Source: Phoronis australis
Taxonomy: Eukaryota; Animalia; Phoronida
Length of the DNA stretch: 64,000 bases
Assembly (NCBI GenBank): GCA_002633005.1
Contig: NMRA01000021.1
Coordinates: 165,000 to 228,999, forward strand
Reading direction: 5' to 3'
The position numbers and the translations under genes were made by a program. Of the stretch, positions 1 through 12,800 are shown in pieces. Position 1 is the stretch's first letter; each line of letters opens with the position of its first letter. The notes below the pieces were generated by a model. The model worked only from the letters and a program-made list of their open reading frames with translations, did not search any database and was not told where the DNA came from.

Positions 1-25
1 TGCCAATTAATAGTTACCCTCTGAA

Positions 26-1649
26 TTTTTATGCGCCCACATATTTATATGTGGACGCATTTAATGCCGTCATCTCCGTCCGTCCAGCATCCGGTGCTCT
101 ATCTCCTATAAAGCTTTGGACATTAATGATATGTTCATGGAATTTACATACATTTCATGGATGGGATGGCGTGAGCGAACTTTCGAACGGATCCGACTAG
201 CGGTGTGCCCCTTAGTCAGGCAATTTTAGTGTTTTACCTCTGTCAAAGGTCCTCAACGTATTTTCATAAAGTTTGGCATATAGGCATCTATCAGTGAGAT
301 GACACTGTCCTCTACGAAGTTTGTGGCACCTTGTGGCCTTTTGTGCTGTTTTTATGTCTGTTTTTGGCATCCACCCCTCTATCAACCAAACTGTTCTAAG
401 ACTGATTGTGAAAATTGGCATGTATCTTCTCACTATGAATAGGACGGCTGACGATGATTTTATTTGCGCCCATGGCTAGTCTCCTACACTGTGGGCTGGA
501 TGTTTACTAAATTTAGCAAGTGTACTTATATTGATCATGTACGTTGACAATTAATGAATGACGACTTTCGGACAGATCTGACTACCGGTGTGCCCCCTAG
601 TGGGAATTTTAGTTTTTTACGTCTGTGTATCTTCAAAGGTCCTCAACGTATTTTCATAAAATTTAGCATGTAGGCATCTATTAGCGTGATGACGCCATCC
701 CCGTTTTTGAATGGTTTTGATGTAGTTTGTGCCACCTAGTGACCACTGATTTTTACTGTTTCGAGTCTGTTTTTGGCATCCATCCTCTATCAACCAAACC
801 GCTCTAAGGTTGATTGTGAAAATTGGCATCTATGTTTGTACTAAGAAGACGACGTTTTTTTTGTGCCCGTGGCAGTATCTCCTAAACCGGTTTGCGGGAT
901 CTTTACTAAATTTAGCAAGTGTATTTTATTATATGATGTTGACAATGGATGACGACAACTTTCGGACGGATCCGACTACCGGTATGCCCCCTAGTGCCAA
1001 TTTTAGTTTTTTAGGTTTAACTCTGTATCTAATTCAAAGGTCCTCAACGGATTTTCAGAAAATTTGGAATATATAGGCATATACTGGAGAAATGATGCTA
1101 TCCTCCCATTTTCGGATGGAATGAAGGTACTTTGTGCCTCCTAATGGCCATTTTTGCTGTTTTCGAGTCTGTTGTTGGCGTTCACCTCTCCATCAACCAA
1201 ACTACTCCAAGAATGATTTTGATACTTGGTATATGTTCTCAGTGTGAAGAGGACAGTTGACGATAATGACTTCGACTACTGTGGCACCTCATAGTTTTAT
1301 TTTGTTTTGCGCCCATAGTTGCGCCCACTGTAGGATCTTTATTAAATTTAGTTATTGTAATTACATGAACTTACAACGTCTTTCTGGCGGATTCAATGAA
1401 TGCTGTGGCCCATAGTGGCAATTTCATTTTTTTCTGTTTTCCTTTGTTTCTCTCAAGTTTCTTGACAGATTTTTATAAAATTTGGTAAATAGGTTTCTGT
1501 TAAAGAAGCGATGGCATGTACCCGTTTTCAGATGGGTTGGATGTTTTTGCGCCATCTAGAAGCCACTTTTATGAAACAAACAACCCTAGAAGCACACCGT
1601 TTGCGGTGAATTTGTGGGTGCATTTCAACACTCTGTGTTGCTCTTGTTT
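26..1649 (+). mobile_element. Helentron/DINE-1-like non-autonomous element with internal satellite array (copy 1)
   Basis: 5' T-run, then hairpin ATGCGCCCACAT-ATTTAT-ATGTGGACGCAT (31-60) and a (CGTC)n-like tract. Internal ~140-180 bp repeats follow. The 3' end has subterminal inverted repeat TGTGGGTGCAT (1613-1623) and stem-loop CAACAC-TCT-GTGTTG. Clearly homologous to 19172-20508 and 47251-48066. Confidence 0.7.
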
Positions 1650-1729
1650 GAATAGCGGTAAAAAGCCTTTCCTTTCAAAAATTAATGAGGCAGATAACGT
1701 AGCTGTTATTGGACATGTGAAATAGAAGG

Positions 1730-2312
1730 TTTTCTTTTCTCTTGGTTACACTGGGCCCAGTAGTCTGAAGTTGAAACGTAAATTATCTGGTCTTGTAAAC
1801 TAATTGCATAGACCTGCAGCTTTTGAGCAGATAGTGGTTTTCAAACTTTGTCTTTGTAAAGTATCCAATACGCTCTGTAAACTGAAGTGATCTATCCCTT
1901 TGTTAAACAATAGGGATGTTGTTTATAAGGTTGAATGTGGTAATGAATTCTGTATGAAACTCACACAGAGATGCCTCTGTGACAGAAGGAGAGAACATCA
2001 CACCTCAGACAAAAGCAACATCTTTAGGCATTGTGTCAGTAACAATGACCAAGCTAATTCAGTCAGTATAACCTGTAAAGTATCTGTGATTTACATTACT
2101 CTAAAGAGCCAATAGCCATTCAAGATCAGTGATGCTACTGGCTCTCTGAATAATATGCAGAGCTCAGTGACCCTACAGCTATGGTGATCACCTATACTAT
2201 AACTGCAGTGTTGTTGCACTCATTTCACTTCATGGATGTAACCTGACTCTCGTGTGTCGACACTTAATGTCTGATTGTTTGTATCCAGATGATGTCTAAA
2301 GAATAGACAAAA
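1730..2312 (+). mobile_element. Degenerate Penelope-like retroelement 3' fragment (GIY-YIG endonuclease relic)
   Basis: ORF 1900-2115 DVVYKVEC...TQRCLCDRRREH...SNIFRHC matches the Penelope GIY-YIG pattern VVYKIxC...TxRxLxxRxxEH...SxIxxH. The YIG motif is lost and upstream codons contain stops. Confidence 0.65.
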
Positions 2313-3936
2313 CCTAATTGTTGAATTAACATGAACTTTTTCATTTGTGCATCAACCCAACTAAGGCATGAGGTGCCACTGTGTTCATACAGCAAGGCAC
2401 AAGGTTCCACAGTTCACACAGCTAGTGCTTACAATACAGTGAACTGATGCCTCACAAACCAAAATTAAAGAAATGTCAGCCAACTGTCTACTAAACATAG
2501 AACAGACGAAGGGTGGATAATATAGAGGTTAAACACCGTGGTTCTAAAAGGGAGTTGTCCAAATTGCCGAGAATTGACTAAATTTTCAGTGCCTTACCTC
2601 AGATTATTCAATACATAAATCTGACTTTGAAAGCTGCGCACAATGACTTAATTCCGAGGAAAGATAAAGTGGCATTAAAGCTACTTCCTGACAAAAAAAA
2701 AATTCTGAAATAATCATCTTAAAACTTAATTACTTTCAATTCTTGATTACTTCTACTTCCTGTTCTTAGAACTTAAGTGAGCATTAAGTGTACGCCTTAT
2801 ACATGAACCGATTGTATGTTGATTGCATCTTGTAGCCTTTACATGCTTCTCTCAGGTTTTTCAAGGCCGCCTGTTTCACAACCTGCAGTTTATTACAATA
2901 GAACTAGTTTAAGACTCATAGGTTAATCACTCAGCTGTTAAAAAATAAACTCAACTTTGTTCCATGCTCAGATAACAAGTACTCTCTGGGCTCTCTGGGT
3001 TAACTGACTGAAGGAACATTTTTTTCTTCTAATCGCGCTTATAAAGATTCAGGTCATACTATGACCTGGAATTTTATCAGGTTGATCTGAAGAGGTGATG
3101 AACTGCTAGTTCTTTCCAATCTGAGAAGTCACACTCAACAAAGCAACAATTCCAGACCAATTTCCCAATGGAAGATATGAAAAATATCAAAACTTGTGTT
3201 TTTGAAAGCTCGTGTTTAATGCCAAAAGCTGATGATTATCCCCACTGCCTAGAGGTACATTAGTTTGGGGCTTAAATGAGCAGGACTTCCGCATTAGAGT
3301 GGAGGGCACGCAAAATGAATGTGATCAGATGCTTGTTGGCAAATTATGTCTCACACTGATAAAACTAACAAAGTCACATTGATATTAAAGTACCTGTGAA
3401 TAGGACATGTTAACTTCGCACAGCGTATTCCAATTAAATGATGAAGGTTTGACTTTAGGACTTTATTATCCAATGAAGCAATAACCGTGAATCTACAATG
3501 CGAGAAAATAAAGGAGCATAAGACTACGACTCAATTTACAAAAATTAAAGAAATATAAGACTAAGTTGACTAAATATCAAATAACTACTACATCAATGTA
3601 GGACTACCGGTATACTAGCTAGCTATTGTGATAGTATAATACCAGATATGTCAGAACTTATATGCCATTAAAGAACACGATTTGCATCAGATTCCTTTGA
3701 ACACCAATATGTGAAACTCACAGCTTTACCCCCAGTGATTTGTACCCACGAAGATATTCAGGAATCATCTTAACTTAAATAATGTAAGTATTATGATTCC
3801 TATTAAAAACATCACTACAGAGTAATATAGGTTGTGGGCAACGCCCCTTCAGTATGAAACAAAATACAATACAACAAAATATTCTAAATACCCAGGGCTG
3901 TAACACATACATGTAAGAACACAGGGAAATAACAGA

Positions 3937-4027
3937 ATAGTCAACAGGTAGGAACTCAGTCTCCGTATAGTCGACAGATAGGAACAGTCTCCCATAGTCG
4001 ACAAATAGGAACTGTCTCCTATAGTTG
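3937..4027. repeat. Short tandem repeat, ~27-30 bp unit x3
   Basis: ATAGTC(A/G)ACA..TAGGAAC...GTCTCC occurs three times in tandem. Confidence 0.8.
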
Positions 4028-4459
4028 AATTAAACGTGATCACTTACACAAAGAACACAGTTGGAGTCCAAAACCAAAGGAATAGCGTGATCCTAAGGTT
4101 AACAAGTACAAAAACATGGTATAAGTGCAAATCTTAGGAAAATAATGATTTACCTTGATTCTGTAGTTGACTCTTTTCCTCACTTCGATCAATACATGTG
4201 TAGATGACACTTGATTTCAGCTAGACTGACCTTGATTATTTCACTAAAAATACACCCCTTGAATGACACTAGACAAGGTGGATCATGAAGGGTCGAGACA
4301 CAATGCTAAGAATTGCTTCAAGGGCAAAGCCAGAGAATATAATCTCGTAATACATCTGGCTGCCAGGACTCAGGGTTGAAAAGAATAATATAAGGCTTTT
4401 TTTGTCCACCTCCCTTAATAAATGCAGTATGTAAAGTGTTACTAGTACAAAACTTCCTC

Positions 4460-4586
4460 CTTGCTTGATTATGAGGTTGGACAGCATATTGCTTACGGTG
4501 ACTCAGTGCACCAGTAGTGTTACACAACTTTACTACTTGCTTGATTATGAGGTTGGACAGCATTATAGGTGACTCAGTGCACCAGT
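4460..4586. repeat. Local direct duplication (~50 bp x2)
   Basis: CTTGCTTGATTATGAGGTTGGACAGCAT...GGTGACTCAGTGCACCAGT at ~4460 and ~4536. Confidence 0.8.
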
Positions 4587-4859
4587 TTTTGGAATAGTGC
4601 CAGCCGTGATGAACTTTTTCTCCTTGAACAGATGATCAGGCACACGATCACTTAAAAACTAATATCAACAAGTACGTAGCTCACTTATTTATTTAGAATT
4701 CGACATTGCTTTCATATGTCATACCTGACCACCACAGCTGACATGTGACATTTGACATATACTCATTAAGTTTTTCATGAGACCTGTCATTTGACCTTTT
4801 AGGTGAATTTTTAGTATTGTACAATATGTCTCTCCAAGAGTTTAAAAAATTGCCTAGGA

Positions 4860-6194
4860 AGGTTCAACAAAAATTGGTTATGTCCTCCATGACGTGTAGT
4901 GTGTCCTTGTAGTAAAAAATGTGGTCGTAATTAATTGCTTCAGATGCCTGATCAGCTTGAAACCGAGATTGTGAAACTGGAATTAAGGCTTTGCATGAGA
5001 AATAACCTATAATCAACGAATTGGATAATGTATGGGGTGATCTTTTCTGCTGTAATGCTTGTAAAGTTGGTAAAATTTTTCTGATGCGCCTTTTCGTAAA
5101 GGTGAAAATCTTCATCAGAGTAGGCATCTTTCCTTAAAATTTTCCATATTTGATAAAACTTTCCCACATTAGCTTATCATAATCCAATTCTGTAATCTTA
5201 CAAATATCTCCCAAATATAAGATTTTACTGGTAATGGTAATTTGAGTTCAAGTGCGGAACTTCTCAACCAGGAACGACATTATCCCAAACACATGCCTGG
5301 CCTATAATGGTCTTGAGGAAACACGATCATAAATGCCCATTTTTAATCAAGGAAACAGCTTTAGGCTGTCCTGTCCTTACATTTACGACAATTTTAAAAT
5401 TAACTTGTCTGACACACCGAGTTCAAGTTGTCAATTTTGGCCTCTATCAAGTTATGTCCATTCCCTGGAGGGTACTATGTGTACTCTAAAGATTTGTTTT
5501 TCTCACCAGACATACATGTTTGAAGTTCCACGTTAACCAGTTTCTCAACAACGCTTGACTCTCCATATGATGGAGAAGACAAACATTGAGCTGAAGGCTC
5601 ACACTAAAAATGCTATATGATCTAGGATCCTGTCAAATGACGGCTTTCAGTAGTTTCTCATTCCAGTGGATGCTTAATTTGGACTTCTGGAATTTTCGGA
5701 GAATAAATATTCTAGTCAATACTGGATTTGGTGGAAACTCTCCTGCCATCATATCTAAACAAGCAATGGTGAAATTTCATCATACAGCACAGAAATAAAT
5801 ATCGCATTTACTAGAAGACTTCTCAATGAAATTATTAAGGAAGTTTTCTGGCTTGATGAAATTCTCTTATAAGTTATCCCAGGGTTTGGATTCATAGAAT
5901 AAAGAAACCGGATACTCTTCTCTCCGACTCTGGGGTAATTCAAGTCCAAAAATGTGAAGGCAACAAAAGTGCAACTCCCACCAATCTCTTCCATTTCAAG
6001 TAACACGAGTATTGAATCTAAATTTAAGGCTTGGATGTGAGCAACAGATGACATCCAACAGACATTCAGGATTAACCCTCCAACCTGAGTGGACGTCCTT
6101 CTGGGGCAGAAGGTATACATTAAAACTTTTAATGACGTATTTCTTAAAATGCTCTTCGCCATTACATGATGGTAAAAGTCCAGGTACAAGTGAC
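4860..6194 (-). pseudogene. Frameshifted DDE-type DNA transposase relic (superfamily uncertain; Transib/RAG1-like motif order)
   Basis: Minus-strand translation across frameshifts gives, in order: RVT*NGR, QSRREEYPVSLFY..WDNL, IYFCA, CLLH..VVEKLV, KITPYI, SRFQADQASEAINYDH, TTRHGG. Multiple stops are present. Confidence 0.5.
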
Positions 6195-6198
6195 TTAA

Positions 6199-7197
6199 AA
6201 GGGAACTATATTTTAATCTGAATGAATTCTGGATAGTTTTCTATGAATTGTTGATTAATTTCACAAATAATTCAACACCAAAAATTAAACTTATGTTCTC
6301 TAACGAAGCTCAAAAAATTACCGGCTTGGAGCGCTGCTTAGTCTCGTGACGTATTTGGCGGGGGCAAAGTCACTGTCCTGTGTTAGCGTGCAATCAANNN
6401 NNNNNNNNNNNNNNNNNNNNNNNNNNNNNNNNNNNNNNNNNNNNNNNNNNNNNNNNNNNNNNNNNNNNNNNNNNNNNNNNNNNNNNNNNNNNNNNNNNNN
6501 NNNNNNNNNNNNNNNNNNNNNNNNNNNNNNNNNNNNNNNNNNNNNNNNNNNNNNNNNNNNNNNNNNNNNNNNNNNNNNNNNNNNNNNNNNNNNNNNNNNN
6601 NNNNNNNNNNNNNNNNNNNNNNNNNNNNNNNNNNNNNNNNNNNNNNNNNNNNNNNNNNNNNNNNNNNNNNNNNNNNNNNNNNNNNNNNNNNNNNNNNNNN
6701 NNNNNNNNNNNNNNNNNNNNNNNNNNNNNNNNNNNNNNNNNNNNNNNNNNNNNNNNNNNNNNNNNNNNNNNNNNNNNNNNNNNNNNNNNNNNNNNNNNNN
6801 NNNNNNNNNNNNNNNNNNNNNNNNNNNNNNNNNNNNNNNNNNNNNNNNNNNNNNNNNNNNNNNNNNNNNNNNNNNNNNNNNNNNNNNNNNNNNNNNNNNN
6901 NNNNNNNNNNNNNNNNNNNNNNNNNNNNNNNNNNNNNNNAAATAAGGACGATTGATACAATGATAAATTACGATGTAAACTCTTTAAATATGACATAAGC
7001 AATGAATGTGCAAAGCAGCCGATACCCCGCCGTTCACGTCACTGACACATCAGCCAATCAGCGATCGCTTTCAGAATTCAGTGTTTTGACCAAGAATACG
7101 AATTGGCTTTTGTTTGGCACGCAAGTCAGGCAAATGTGAGTTTTATTTGTATGTTAGAACCGATTAACTGCAACATTATTTTGACTACAGTCCCCTT
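6199..7197. mobile_element. TTAA-flanked MITE (Kolobok-type termini) spanning an assembly gap
   Basis: TTAA at 6195-6198 and 7198-7201. Termini AAGGGAACTATA / TACAGTCCCCTT match 10 of 12 as an inverted pair. The interior is partly N (6398-6939), so linkage of the two ends is assumed. Confidence 0.55.
6398..6939. other. Assembly gap (N run)
   Basis: Run of N. Confidence 1.
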
Positions 7198-9020
7198 TTA
7201 AGGCCCCTTAATTTACAAGCCGACTGCTCCTCATGTTATAATCAGTGTCAACAGTTTCTAAGGCTGAAATTGGATATTTTGCCTTCAGTTGTAAAACTGC
7301 TGGACACAATCCAAAAATACTTTTTGCTTAGACCTCCTTGGAATCGGTACCATTGCCCATATACATGGTCTTCGAAAACGGAAGTGTTTCTGAAGCAGTT
7401 TTAAAAGAAATAAGTTAGGTCCCAACCAAACTTACCATGGATGAAACCTTTAATAGTTATCACTGACGAGTTTTTGACAGCTGTGGACAAGCAAATGAAC
7501 CTTTCCATTTGGTATATAATACAACTAAAGAAGTATCATTTTTTCTGTATCACCCACTTTGCTATCTCCATTCAAAATTTTCAATAGTGGAATAGCCCAT
7601 TTTTTGTGTTATTATTTTACCATTAAACAGATAACAAGGAGGTAAATCAAAACCAAAATTCACAAGATTCTTATCCTGGCAAAAATTTATATCTCTCCTT
7701 CTTAACCCTTTTTTTCAAACTGTCTGTTCCACAACTTAACCTGTGCAGAAGAACAGTTTTTCATCTTTTATCAATTCATCAGACTTGTTAACAGATACCT
7801 TCAAAACTAGAATCATATAAAGCACCCTCGTTAACTTTACTTTTCACATTTTTCTTCCGCTGAATATCAATCCCCCTCATGCAAAGATGAAATGTTGCCA
7901 CTAATATCTAAATTAACACACTCATTCCATTTTCTTCTTCACTGGAACAACAGTACCCTTATGTGAAGATGAGCTGTTCCCTATAATATGTGACTTTTGA
8001 ACAAACCCTTCAAGCTTAGATTCATCAGAAGCACCCTTTGCAACCATATCGGTTTTCTTTTCACTCTTACCTCACTGACCTTTGGAACTACCACCTTGGT
8101 TGAAGATTAACTGTTCCCACGACCTGTGAACAGATTCACTAAATTAGAGTGTATAATTATTAAGGTATGTTCAACTTTTTGTTCTGTGGAATGTTACCCT
8201 CATGCCGAGATGAACTGTCCCCAGAGTCACCCTCATGCTGAGACAAACTGTCACCACTAGTATCTGACTTGTGAGCAGACGCGTTCAAACTAGAATCATA
8301 TGAAGCACCCTCGATCGTCAACTTAACTGTTCGTACATTATTCTTCTGCTGATGTCTTCCTCATGCAAAGACGAAGGGTTCCCAGTGATATTGAACTTGT
8401 GAACCGAATTGTTTAGATTAGATCTACCAAAACCAACGACATACTGAGCTGCAACACTACATTTTCTCTTTTTCTTTGAATTAACAACTTCCCACTCATC
8501 TGGTTTCACTGTCTTCGCACTTCCAACAACTTTAATTGTTGGCCGCTGTGGAACTGGGAAGTGGAAAACTGTGGTCAAGTCGACAGACAAAGTCTTCTTA
8601 GTGTACAACGGTCAGTGTGAACACCAGCCAGATTCTCTGTCAGAACAGGTACTTTAATTGCTTTTCACCTGATGGAATTCATTTGATGAGGAAATACGTT
8701 CCAAAACGTCATCAGTGACACAGAAATCATCTGAGTCCAGCTTGACAATTGAAAGGAAGTGACCCATTCTTACCCATCTGTAAAGCACCAACTTTGAAAA
8801 CCATCTCAGTTCGTCAAACAGNTAATGTGAACATTTCTGGAATATTCTCCAGACAGCCCAATGAAAGACACCATAAAGTGATCAGAATACCTCAGGCCTG
8901 GGCTAAAGTCTTTGCAACCACCACACGAGTGACTTTTCCTTTGCTTAATTCTTACGAAGCACAGATTCCAAGCAGCACTGAGATTGCCTGGATGAGCAGC
9001 ATTTCCATTATGAAAAAGAA

Positions 9021-9862
9021 AGTGAGAACTTGATCTCACTGGATTCCAGTAAGATTCTCACTATATCACCAACTATAGTTAAAAATGCCATTGAGAATCC
9101 AGTGGAAATTCAACAGCTAGGGACAGTCAGAGAGAAAGTAGTGAGAAAATGTTATGTAACAGTGAGAATCCAGAATTTTGGTCTTAGGAAAATTCTTAGT
9201 GAGAATCCAGTGAGAATATCAGAGTGAGAATTGAGTGACAATTTGGACTTGTAAAAGTTGGAGTGAGAATTCAGTAAGAATTTCTGAATTCAAACTAAAA
9301 TGGCGCCTAAGGAATCAGTGAACAGTTGATACGAAGTAAAGAAATAGCTTGAAGATTGGTGACTTTTTTTCTCAAATATTGTGAAATTACTGAACAGTTT
9401 GTCTGTAAGCCAACCAGAGGGGATCCTGGACTGAATTTGTGAGTTAATAAGCTCAAGGTTAGTACATTTCATACATCTAGTTGAGTGCACACTGATGTCT
9501 TCATTCTGTGTTGACAGCTGAGTTTTTAGTATTTTGCTGATTTACCAAAAGCATTAAAATTGTTAGTTTAAGGCTCCTGCATTTCACAATTTGCAATTAA
9601 ATTGCACCTTTAGTCAAGACAATTTCACAAAAACAATTTGGTTACCAATAGAGCGTTGAACTCTCATCTATTCATGCAGTCAATGGCCATATAAAATGCA
9701 CACACAAAACATTCTAAGTTCAAAATTGGCAGCCAGTGAGATTTTCACTGTAATATCAGTATATTCTCACTAGAGTAAGATTTTTTCTCACTAATTTGAA
9801 TGGCATCTTAATGAGTTAGATTCTCATTGGAATGTCACTGGAATCCAGTGAGATTCTCTCTG
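9021..9862. repeat. Foldback-like region built from AGTGAGAAT / ATTCTCACT motifs
   Basis: Many GTGAGAA copies at 9021-9270 and inverted ATTCTCA/TTCTCAC copies at 9735-9860. Palindromic units of the type TCACTGGATTCCAGT occur at both ends. Confidence 0.5.
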
Positions 9863-12800
9863 ACTTTCAGGTCGAGAAGTTCCTTAAGCTTTCTCATAAT
9901 ATCGCGTTTTGATTGTACGTGACAGACTGACCCGAAAAAACTCGCCTTTCCTGAGAAACACGCAAACCTTTGTTTGGCTGGTAACATGCGATTTCCCGCC
10001 TACACACATTACATGATGGCGTTGTTACGCACCCGCGCTGTGGAATGCCAACCCTGCGGCTTGACGGCACCTGCTGGGTTAAAGCCAGCTGCCGTTATCA
10101 GTTTGACATTGAAAAACCAATGTTTATGTAGTCCAGCTCTCTTACTGTCTGCTTTCACCTGATCAGTTCACCTAATCCAGCAATTATGTTGGCACGACTG
10201 CTTCTGTAAAAACAGCTCCCTAGAAAAGTCAAGTGCCTTGGACACCCAAATTACTACAGAGGCTGCACTCAATAGTTTAATTTTCATTTGCCACTCAGGA
10301 TGGCAAATTGAAACTGCTGAAACAACCTACGGTATATATAAACGATATGTTGAACCTTAATTACCGAGGTCATGCTTTAATCTGTTACTGTTTAACGTTT
10401 ATTTGTATTACGAAATAGATTCTTTTGTTTGGATAACATGCATACTCATTTAACTGAGTTTTTGTTAAAACTGGTGTAATTTAGCTAAATGCATATTCAC
10501 ATATGATGGTCCCAGTTTATAGAGTATTCCCATATAACTTAATGAAATTATGTAAACCATTTACTCATTTCCCATACAATTCGAAGTCATTTTAAGTGAG
10601 TTCATTTTTGCCTTGGACTCAAAAGTGACAGATCATCCAAAGTGTACTGTACTACTATTTAAACTTCTTCAATAGCAGAATCACATCACCATTCCTTGCA
10701 CGCCTCTCACAAAGCAAACTCCATCAATGGGTAAATGTTGTTGCTAGTTTCTTGGGCTAAACCTTTCCCCAGCGCCAGCCAACAATTAGTGCATTTTGGA
10801 TGAATAATTAAAATGGTACCTTAAATCAATGCCTAATCAAGTCAAATGTGTCATAATTATGCTACAACTTAAAATATCAGAAAACAAAGAACAAAGAGTA
10901 AATCCATTAATTTAAACCAGTGTTATAACATTTTAACTTGAATTTTTTCCATCATTTAAAGTCTCATGTTCATGATTTATCTAAAGTTGACAGACTAATA
11001 GAGTTATAACTCTTCAATTTTTCTTTTCTATTATTGCCTAATCAAAACTGTATCAACACTCGATTAGATGTCTCCCATAACCAAGACTTGACGTTGCCAC
11101 AAAGATGCTTCCTGACAAGACCCAATCTTTCAGTTCACTTGAGCTTCAAGCACGTCACAAACCGACAACCCTTTTCAGCAACTAACATGTCCCATCAGTT
11201 TCTTAAAATGACAATGCACGCCTAATGAAGCAAGATCGACATAAAACTTGTCTTATTTTTTGTTAATCTTTTGATTTTAAACAGATCTTGTTAGCACTAT
11301 GTGAGGCAACATTGGTATTCGCAGTTTTAAATCACACACTCGTGATCTTCTTCATGCTTCTCAAGAGATTTGACTGAAGGAAACAAGAGCATGTCTTCAA
11401 TGCCAACACACAAAAACAGAGCAGTAGCAACAATGCAATGATTTGTTTTCTTTTACTTTAGAACTGAATGTAAATTTACCTAATATCCAGGTCTGACAGA
11501 GCAAACTTGGTGCATTTGTACCCATACGAAACGACTGGATTGTCAATCTTATCATTTACCAAGAAGGTTCTCGTACGGAAAGACAGAGGGCCAAAACAAC
11601 GAAATGCCGAATTGAACATTTTCCCATTAGCGCCACTCTCTGACCTCACGCCTAAGAAGCCCCACTGCAGCTGGCTTAATTGCCCAATATTTTTGAGCCA
11701 GAGCCAGGTCCTTCAGCAAAATGGAAGTTCGTTCAGTGACTGTAAAATACACAAACCATTGCACTTAAAACAAACAGGTTTCAGCTTGAAAATGGTTCAG
11801 TGGTGGAAGAACAAGCATGGGTCAGCGATCAGTGTTATAAGTAACAGACAAGTGGCCAATCACTCTCAGAAGTGCAGGTCATTGAGCCATGGTCTACAGA
11901 AACTACATGTAAAATGAACAAATGGCAATGACTTGAGTGCTGTAGAAGGACTATCAACGACATACTGTTGGTGTATACTGACCATCATATGCAGAGACCT
12001 GTTGAACTCTCCCATGCTCAGTCATCACTGTCACCTGATGGCTAAACCGATCCAGGTAGTACTTCACAGAACAAGGTGCCATCGAATTCACTAGCACTTC
12101 TTCTCCCGTCACAACATCCTTCGGAAGGCTCAAGCATCATGTATCAAGAGAAAAGAGCAGGGTCTTCTCTTTCGACCAGACTGACTCACTAATTGATCTA
12201 AAGGCAAAAAAACATTACTTTAAAGGAACTTAACTACCGGGACCTGGTTGCGGTGTTCATTGTAGCAGCAGCTGCATCAAGAATTTCAGTTCAAAACCAT
12301 TTGGCGGCATGCTCAAATATTCTAAAGCTAATCTTACAGATGTCACCAATGGTAATGATGATATACTGGTAGTTTTCAAGCTCCGACACTTCAATCTCTG
12401 CTCAGAGCAAGGTGCTCAGACTTAAAAGTTGATTGAACAGAACGAAAAGGAAAAATACAAAGTATGTTCGAAAGTGCAAAAGCACCCTGAGCTGAAATTG
12501 ACTTGGATTATTTTCCAGTGGTGAATGCTGGGTTCCATAAAGCAGTGCTAGCGAATTAAAACTAGACCAGTCTTGCAATCTATCGTGCATATAACCGTTC
12601 ATCAGTGTCAAAAATAATGGTACGATCAAAACAATCTAGAAGTGGATAGTGTCCAGCCTTGTGGTGTATATGACTTTTGAAGACTGGGTCAGTATAAGTA
12701 ATTGTAGCAATAGAAAGTAGTAATGTCTTTATAAGGAACTGACCAGTGTATATTATGCACAGGCAATTAAATAAAAAGTAAAAGTGATTCACACAGCCTC

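Noticed and set aside
212-1076. Short ORFs recurring here and at 18991-19821 and 47275-47675
   Set aside because: Their similarity comes from the non-coding satellite inside the Helentron-like element; frames are not preserved between copies.
6346-7002. Long ORFs in the track here and at 56123-56621
   Set aside because: They consist mostly of N-gap (X residues).
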